From the IMG/VR virus record IMGVR_UViG_3300027722_000005, positions 1 through 64,000 of that record: a DNA stretch of 64,000 nucleotides. One strand, given 5' to 3'. The translations under genes were made by a program, and so were the position numbers. Of the stretch, positions 58,662 through 64,000 are shown one piece after another (position 1 is the first letter of the stretch; each line of letters opens with the position of its first letter). The notes beneath the pieces were generated by a model. It did not search any database. It had not been told where the DNA came from and was given only the letters and a program-made list of their open reading frames with translations. The stretch comes from a virus.

Positions 58662-59330
58662 TCATAACTGAGCGTACCGCTGTTGATCGCGGTATCGCTC
58701 AAGTTCCACATGCGGAATCACCAGGTCGCGGCCTGGTCCGAACACGGCCTTAACAGCCGTGGGGGAAAGACCCAGCCAAGCCGCGGCCTGTTCTGCCGTG
58801 TACTGCGGCAGGCGAACGTGAATCTGCGCGTGGATTGTCAGACGCACGAGCGCGCGCCGGTCCAATGACGCTTCTGGCACCTGCTTGCCCGCGTCCTGAA
58901 ACAGCCTTGCCAGCCGCTCTTGCTGCCGTGGTTGGTCCCGTTCCCGCATCCAGGCCAGCAGATGGCGCTCGCGGTTGTAGCGGACAAGCTCGGCGTGGGC
59001 GAAGATCAGGTCGTGCCCCGGCTTGGTGGCCGCGATTAGCCCGCCATCGTAGGCGTAGCGCAGCCCACTGACTGACAAGCCGAGCCATGCCGCCGCCTGC
59101 CGCCGGTTGTACGACGGGAGATGCACGCACTGCTGCACCAGTTCTGTCAGGCGCACGATCTCGCGCTTGTCCAGCAGCAGCTTGGCGGCCCCGTCGGCGA
59201 GATCCGCCATCTCAATTTGTTCGTCGGCGGTCAACGCAATGTAGTGGATGCCATTGGCGCCCGCCGCATACTTGATGAGCAGCGCCAGCTCGCGCTGCTG
59301 ATTCTGCAAGTCCCTTACGAGCATATGCAC
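58662..59330 (-). CDS. Tandem excisionase-like (HTH_17) protein
   Basis: Two copies of Y...QAAAWLGLS...PG.DL...H.EL.RY. Confidence 0.75.
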   Translation of the reverse strand: MHMLVRDLQNQQRELALLIKYAAGANGIHYIALTADEQIEMADLADGAAKLLLDKREIVRLTELVQQCVHLPSYNRRQAAAWLGLSVSGLRYAYDGGLIAATKPGHDLIFAHAELVRYNRERHLLAWMRERDQPRQQERLARLFQDAGKQVPEASLDRRALVRLTIHAQIHVRLPQYTAEQAAAWLGLSPTAVKAVFGPGRDLVIPHVELERYRDQQRYAQL

Positions 59331-59333
59331 CCC

Positions 59334-59501
59334 CTACCAGGAACGACGGCGACGGCGACCACTGCGCCGACGCAGCCGATAACTTGCGCAGCCGGTTGAG
59401 AAGTCGCCGGCCTTGAAGCCGGTGAACGTGCTTGACTTGAAGCCGGTCCTGGGCATGATGCTGCCTATGCCCAAGAGTTTGCCGAGTTTGAACTTTGCCA
59501 T
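59334..59501 (-). CDS. Small basic peptide with Arg-rich tail (55 aa, not in ORF track)
   Basis: AAAGGA RBS; ends YRLRRRSGRRRRRSW. Confidence 0.5.
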   Translation of the reverse strand: MAKFKLGKLLGIGSIMPRTGFKSSTFTGFKAGDFSTGCASYRLRRRSGRRRRRSW

Positions 59502-59505
59502 TATG

Positions 59506-59808
59506 TTATCTTCCTTTCGTTTTGTCGGGTGCCCGCTGATTGATAAATGCCCTTACGCCGATACTGCTCGCAAGCATCCCCCTAACCGTTGGGGAGTGCC
59601 TGTCGTAATGCGGACTTTCCTCGATCTCGATTGCCCCTTGCGCTTCAAGGGCTCGGTGGTGTCCATCAAGGATAAAATACCTATTCCTACCGAGTGGGGC
59701 TACAAGAATGGGGGCGTGCGCGCGCGACGTTCTGCCCGCGTCAATATCGTTCTGTGTCTCTTCCAGCTTGCAGATTTGTGCAACCAACTGGTTCTTATAG
59801 GCCCACAT
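59506..59808 (-). CDS. ParB/Srx N-terminal-domain-like protein
   Basis: PILV...YFILDGHHRALEA; AAGGAG RBS. Confidence 0.7.
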   Translation of the reverse strand: MWAYKNQLVAQICKLEETQNDIDAGRTSRAHAPILVAPLGRNRYFILDGHHRALEAQGAIEIEESPHYDRHSPTVRGMLASSIGVRAFINQRAPDKTKGR

Positions 59809-59836
59809 AGTTCTCCTTTCCGCCGGTCTTACCCGG

Positions 59837-60811
59837 CTACAGCTCCACGCCGGCCAGGGCTTGGCGCAGATCGTCGTCGTCCAAGTGGACATAGAACGCG
59901 GCGGTTGTCGCCGCCGACTCGTGGCGCAAGATGCGCTGCGTCGTGGCCAGGTCGTGCGTTTCCTTCTGGATCAGCGTCGCGCCGCGGTGGCGCATCGAGT
60001 GCGGGTTAAAGCGGTCAACGCCGGCCGCATCGCAGACACGGTACAGCCCCAGGCGCAGGCCGTTCGCGGACACCGGCAGCAAGCGGTTGCCCGTTGGCTT
60101 GTCGTGCCGCGCAAAAAGCGGCTCGTCGCCGTCCGCGCGCAGCAATGCCGCATCCCTGGCGGACAGATAGGCGACAATGGCGGCGATTGCGCGGTCGTCG
60201 AAAAAGATTGTGCCAACCTTGCGGCCCTTGCCGGTCACCTGCGCGCACCTTGCGCCAATGTCCAGGTCATTGCGCTTGAGCGCCGCAACTTCGCCGATTC
60301 TTGCGCAAGTTGCGCGCAGGGTTTGCAGCAGCGCCGCATTCCTCAGCGCAACCAGGCGCAAGCGTTGCGACTCTTGCGCGTCACCTTGCGCAGCTTGCGC
60401 GCAAGTGAGCGCAGCTTGCACGTCCGCTTCGTCAGGTAGGCGCAACTTTTGCGATTGGCTTGCGGAGCGCCAGTCCTCTTGCAGCCCTGCCTCCAACTCT
60501 GTCAGGTCGGTTGGCGCAAAGCCCGCAGCTTTTGCGCGCAAGAGCCAGCGGTAGAACTTGACAGTGGCGGTCAGGTAGACATTGACCGTGGCGCTTGCGT
60601 GCCTGTCCGCAATGTTGCGCGCAAAGTCAATAACGTGCGCGCAAGTGAGCGCAGTTGCGTCAGTCGTTGCGGGGTCTTGCGCAAGTTGCGCCGCAAAGCC
60701 CGCCAGTGCCGACGCATACGTGCGCGCAGTCTTGGGACTCTTGCGGCCATTGCGCCCGCGTTGGCGGGGCAGGTCCGCAACAAACGCATTGATTGCGTCA
60801 GTGATGGTCAT
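59837..60811 (-). CDS. Tyrosine recombinase (XerC/D-like)
   Basis: SPKTARTY, RNAALL..L.ATCARIGEV, GKGRK, PHSMRH, LRH, FY. Confidence 0.92.
   Translation of the reverse strand: MTITDAINAFVADLPRQRGRNGRKSPKTARTYASALAGFAAQLAQDPATTDATALTCAHVIDFARNIADRHASATVNVYLTATVKFYRWLLRAKAAGFAPTDLTELEAGLQEDWRSASQSQKLRLPDEADVQAALTCAQAAQGDAQESQRLRLVALRNAALLQTLRATCARIGEVAALKRNDLDIGARCAQVTGKGRKVGTIFFDDRAIAAIVAYLSARDAALLRADGDEPLFARHDKPTGNRLLPVSANGLRLGLYRVCDAAGVDRFNPHSMRHRGATLIQKETHDLATTQRILRHESAATTAAFYVHLDDDDLRQALAGVEL
60187..60797. repeat. Cryptic ~10.45-bp-periodic degenerate array, consensus TTGCGCGCAA, inside recombinase CDS
   Basis: 22 TTGCG, 14 CGCAA and 7 TGCGCGCA hand-counted, all in helical phase. Confidence 0.85.
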
Positions 60812-60999
60812 GCGGCAGTCTCCTTCCGCATTCCCGGTGGCATGGCGACAAACAGCCGCTTCGGCCGCGGGAACGCATAGCTCCACGTCTTGAACAGCAC
60901 GCCCCGTTTGGCGGCGCCTTCGAGCTGCCGCCGTTCTTGCGGCGTTATCTGTCCGATGTCCGTCACGCCACAGTCAAGGGCGCGCTGTACGATGGTCAT
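60808..60999 (-). CDS. Hypothetical protein
   Basis: AAGGAG RBS; stop overlaps recombinase start. Confidence 0.6.
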   Translation of the reverse strand: MTIVQRALDCGVTDIGQITPQERRQLEGAAKRGVLFKTWSYAFPRPKRLFVAMPPGMRKETAA

Positions 61000-61047
61000 G
61001 GCTTCTCCTTGCCCGCCGGTGCGGTCCCGGCGGGCGTGGGTGCTAGG

Positions 61048-61371
61048 TCAGTTGATGGGGACGCCCCGCTCTGCCGCCAGGGTGCGGACCAGCTCCTCGG
61101 CCTCCTTGAACGTAAGGCCCAGCACTTCCGGTTCGCCCTCGGGCTGCCAGAAGTCGCAAGAGCAGAATTCCTGCATCAAGGCCCCCCCAGACGCATCGGG
61201 CCAAAGCTCCTGCCAGAAGTTGTATTCTCCGCCATTGCGGGCGCGGCTGGGGTCACGGGAAATTCGGGTTTCGATCACGATCTTCTTGTCGCTTAACTCC
61301 ACGCGGGCATCGAATCCATCTGCCCGCTCGTCCTTGGCCACCAGGATAGCATTCTCAATCCGTCTGTACAT
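61048..61371 (-). CDS. Hypothetical protein
   Basis: AAGGAG RBS; MYRRIENA... Confidence 0.6.
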   Translation of the reverse strand: MYRRIENAILVAKDERADGFDARVELSDKKIVIETRISRDPSRARNGGEYNFWQELWPDASGGALMQEFCSCDFWQPEGEPEVLGLTFKEAEELVRTLAAERGVPIN

Positions 61372-61532
61372 CTTCCTTCTCCTTCTGCCCGTCCTACCGG
61401 GCCGTGTGCCGACTCTCGCCGGCTCGTTTCCGTTCCCAGCCCTGGCCGCTGGCCGCCGGCTTTGGCCGATATAGCCACCGGTGATCTCGGTCAACGGCCA
61501 GGGGTGGGGGCGGAAAGCCCCCTATTCGGTTG

Positions 61533-61730
61533 TTACGCGCGGATTGCCTCGCGCCCGCCTTCGGCCTTGCGGATCGCGTATCCCGTGATATGGTCGGGGC
61601 AGCGGATGACCATGATGCCGTTGAACTGGTCCTCGCCGCTCTTTGACTTGGCAATCAGCCAGCCGTGCAGGTGCTGTTCGTCGGCCGTCCTGCCACACTT
61701 GCCGCACACGTACAGTTGCTTGCTAAACAT
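61533..61730 (-). CDS. Small Zn-finger-like protein
   Basis: CGKCG...RCPDH. Confidence 0.6.
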   Translation of the reverse strand: MFSKQLYVCGKCGRTADEQHLHGWLIAKSKSGEDQFNGIMVIRCPDHITGYAIRKAEGGREAIRA

Positions 61731-61795
61731 CGTTCGGTCCCCTTTCCTGTGTGTACTTGGCCTGGGTAGGCCAGTATCCTCAGCGGATCGTCACA

Positions 61796-62032
61796 CTAGG
61801 GGGTCAGTTCTTCGGGCCAGCCGTCCACGTTCTCGGTGTTCCAGCGGATGTCGGCGGCGCTTTCGCCCTCGTTGAACCAGCCGCGGAATTCGACGCCGGA
61901 GTCCTCCTTGGCCTCAATCAGCCGGTCGGGATAGCCGTGGCTGTCCCGGCGGATGCGGATCACCTTGGCGTATTTCAGCCCGGACTCCTTCTTAATCATC
62001 TTGCGGTCCATCTTGCTCAACATGTCGTTCAT
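61796..62032 (-). CDS. Hypothetical protein
   Basis: ORF in the minus-strand operon. Confidence 0.55.
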   Translation of the reverse strand: MNDMLSKMDRKMIKKESGLKYAKVIRIRRDSHGYPDRLIEAKEDSGVEFRGWFNEGESAADIRWNTENVDGWPEELTP

Positions 62033-62121
62033 TTCTCTAACCTTCCCTGAATTTCGGCTTGCGCCGATTCCTCATTCGGAATTCGTCAGGGCACCCCCAC
62101 CAAGGTGGGGAGTATTCAGTT

Positions 62122-62706
62122 TTAGGCGGGCAGCCAGTCCCAATCGGCCAGTTCGGCGCACACAGCCTGGTAGTCATCCTCCAGGCTGGACAGCAGGCGC
62201 TCGTACTCCTCGCCGTTCACGCCGTCCACGTCGATCTTGTGGTCGTGCACGTCGCCCATCTCCACTTCGACGGTTGCGCCGGGGTTGGCCTTGACCATGC
62301 CGTCCGCGAGGGCCTGGGCGTAGCGGGCCGTCAGGTCAGCGTTGTCGTGCTCGATGCATTCGTCAACGTCGTACTCGCCCGTTTCGGGGTCCAGGCCGTG
62401 GCCCATGTAGCGCGAGCTGGTGCCGTTGCCGGCGATTTCCTCGTGGATCTCGCGGGCGCGGTCCTTGTAGTCTCCGAACCAGTCGATGATGTCCTGCTTG
62501 TTGATCTTGACCGTGATTTCCATTTTCTGATCTCCTTTCGTGACAGCCTGTCCGCTTTCGTCCGTTGCCGCTTCGGGCCGCACTTCGGCCCCGCACCAGC
62601 AGTACACGTGCCAGCGCCCCAGGGAGCGCCGCGCTTCTGCCGTGTCCCGCACCATGTTGGGTGCCCCGCACTTGGGGCATTGGAATGTGAGGACCGTGAT
62701 GGTCAT
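62122..62706 (-). CDS. Hypothetical protein, N-terminal Zn ribbon (strong internal start at 62523)
   Basis: CPKCG...CWCG; both starts have AAGGAG RBS. Confidence 0.6.
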   Translation of the reverse strand: MTITVLTFQCPKCGAPNMVRDTAEARRSLGRWHVYCWCGAEVRPEAATDESGQAVTKGDQKMEITVKINKQDIIDWFGDYKDRAREIHEEIAGNGTSSRYMGHGLDPETGEYDVDECIEHDNADLTARYAQALADGMVKANPGATVEVEMGDVHDHKIDVDGVNGEEYERLLSSLEDDYQAVCAELADWDWLPA

Positions 62707-62750
62707 CGTTCTTGCTCCTTTCGCTCTTGGGCATCCCGCCCAATGTCTAG

Positions 62751-62779
62751 ATTATATCATACAGTTGGCGGCCCGTCAA
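62751..62779 (-). promoter_or_regulatory. Sigma70-type promoter
   Basis: TTGACG-17-TATAAT with TGn extension. Confidence 0.75.
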
Positions 62780-62825
62780 GTTAAACTTTCGCAACCTAAC
62801 GGGCCGCCGTGATAGCAGGGCTGGA

Positions 62826-63212
62826 TCAGGCCGTCGCCATGACCAGCTCGGTCAGTGCGCTTTCGATGCGCTGGAAGTCGCCCACCTTGCCCCAGTCGAT
62901 AGGGCCATGCAGCGCCAGGTGTAGCGCCCGGTCATTTACCCGTTCGTCGAGCACCCGTAGCAAGTGCTGGCTGTTGGTCACGGTGCTGTAGAACGCTGCC
63001 CGGGGCTCATAGTTGCAGTTCTGGTAAGCCTCAACGGTCGGGGCCGATTTCGCCTTGGCGAGTGCATCCCGCGTTTCCGCGATGGCTCCCGTCAAGTCCT
63101 CGATGACCACAGCGCCGTCTTTTTCGCTGACGTGCCGCAAGATGGTCGTCATGGCCGCGTGCATGGCAAAGAGTGCGACTTCTGCCGCGCCAATGAGTTC
63201 GGTTTGTTCCAT
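62826..63212 (-). CDS. Hypothetical protein
   Basis: RBS; C-terminal IDWGKVGD. Confidence 0.55.
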   Translation of the reverse strand: MEQTELIGAAEVALFAMHAAMTTILRHVSEKDGAVVIEDLTGAIAETRDALAKAKSAPTVEAYQNCNYEPRAAFYSTVTNSQHLLRVLDERVNDRALHLALHGPIDWGKVGDFQRIESALTELVMATA

Positions 63213-63383
63213 CGTCCTTGTCCTTTCTGTTTTTTTTTCTGAAAAAGCTCAGCCCGCCCGTGCCCGTCCTGTTATGGAGACTCAATCTGCTCCACCGCCG
63301 CGCCCGCGATGCGCCCAAGAGCTGCCGGGCCTTTCGCCTGCTTGGTGGCCGTCCGGTGCCGGAGTTGAACCGGCAGGGGGGGG

Positions 63384-63611
63384 TTACGTCGGGTCCGAGA
63401 TGTACGTCACGTCGCAGCGATAGCAGCGGTACGTGCTCAGGCGCTGCTCAACGCCGGCCTCGTTGCGGTACGGCTTGGTGAGGGCCGCCGCGAATTGCCC
63501 GCAACCGTGGCGGGTCGTGACCGGAGTACCGACAGAAAAGCCCGCATCTTGGGGGTGCGAGCACTCGGTCACGGTTCGCTGGCCGTTCGGATAGCTGATC
63601 ATCTTGCCCAT
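63384..63611 (-). CDS. Small Cys-containing protein
   Basis: AAGGAG RBS; YRCYRCD. Confidence 0.55.
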   Translation of the reverse strand: MGKMISYPNGQRTVTECSHPQDAGFSVGTPVTTRHGCGQFAAALTKPYRNEAGVEQRLSTYRCYRCDVTYISDPT

Positions 63612-63715
63612 CGTTCGTTTCTCCTTTCAGTCTCACGGGTTCCCCCTTGCCCGCGTTCTCAGTGGCCAAGGGGCAGCCCGCGAGGGCTGCGTGAGGTGCG
63701 TGCGCACCGTTGCGC

Positions 63716-64000
63716 TTAGTCCCAGCCGGCCGCTTGGTAGGCCGGGGAGTCGTCAACGATCTGCATGGCGAGCAGTTTGGAAGCCTCGTCCATCAGCTTG
63801 TAAAGGTCGGTCTTCGGCACGTTCCCTTCGCTGCACTGATACAGCCAGCAGCGCAGGGACTTGTAGGCCGACACGGGCAGCGGGGCCGGCGTGGGGCAGT
63901 AGGTGAAGTTCAGCGGTCGGAACTGTTCGGCAGAGTCGGGGTAACGGGCGTTAACCGCCTCGACATTCAGGGCAAACATGGCGGATGCCAGCCGTTCGCG
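63716..64000 (-). CDS. Hypothetical protein (5' end probably outside window)
   Basis: LNVEAVNARY...KSLRCWLYQCSEG; frame open to window edge. Confidence 0.6.
   Translation of the reverse strand, partial: RERLASAMFALNVEAVNARYPDSAEQFRPLNFTYCPTPAPLPVSAYKSLRCWLYQCSEGNVPKTDLYKLMDEASKLLAMQIVDDSPAYQAAGWD

Larger units (their letters stand above)
1..64000. mobile_element. Temperate tailed phage genome segment (extends beyond both window ends)
   Basis: Tail, replication, repressor/integrase and holin modules with dense small ORFs; no host core genes. Confidence 0.95.

Noticed and set aside
60396-60654. 19-bp direct repeat TGCGCGCAAGTGAGCGCAG (ALTCA twice) as a simple duplication explaining the motif excess
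   Set aside because: It accounts for only a few of the 36 hits; the rest fall in different codon frames
61395-61460. Hairpin-rich spacer with GAAAC on the minus strand resembling a hammerhead ribozyme
   Set aside because: CUGANGA core is absent
63357-63375. T-arm-like hairpin GCCGG-TTCAACT-CCGGC on the minus strand
   Set aside because: No D arm, anticodon arm or acceptor stem around it, so not called a tRNA
1-64000. CRISPR array or cas genes
   Set aside because: No regularly spaced repeat-spacer units seen; the 38-bp repeat has only two copies, flanking a gene

Overview
GC-rich temperate siphovirus-like phage genome segment. No host housekeeping genes are visible, and protein features suggest a Chloroflexota/Anaerolineae-type host (inference). 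Layout: (+) 1-19.8 kb, a glycan-biosynthesis cassette running directly into neck/tail morphogenesis genes (tail tube, chaperone, tape measure, Dit, three paralogous baseplate proteins, hub). (-) 19.9-46.9 kb, an early/replication operon (FtsK/TraB-like ATPase, radical SAM, RuvC-like, DUF5131, DnaB, initiator with ori iterons, primase, HNH, two DNA methyltransferases, AAA recombination ATPase, many small ORFs). (+) 47-49.5 kb, repressor and large serine recombinase. 50.3-51.2 kb, tRNA-Asp plus structured RNAs. (+) 51-58.5 kb, a holin-containing, non-canonical lysis/late block. (-) 58.6-64 kb, tyrosine recombinase, ParB-like, tandem-HTH and small ORFs. Capsid, portal and terminase genes are not in the window. 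The most striking signal is a hidden ~600-bp array of TTGCG/CGCAA half-sites (consensus palindrome TTGCGCGCAA), all phased at ~10.45 bp, written into the coding sequence of the tyrosine recombinase. All calls are by eye; no database searches were run.
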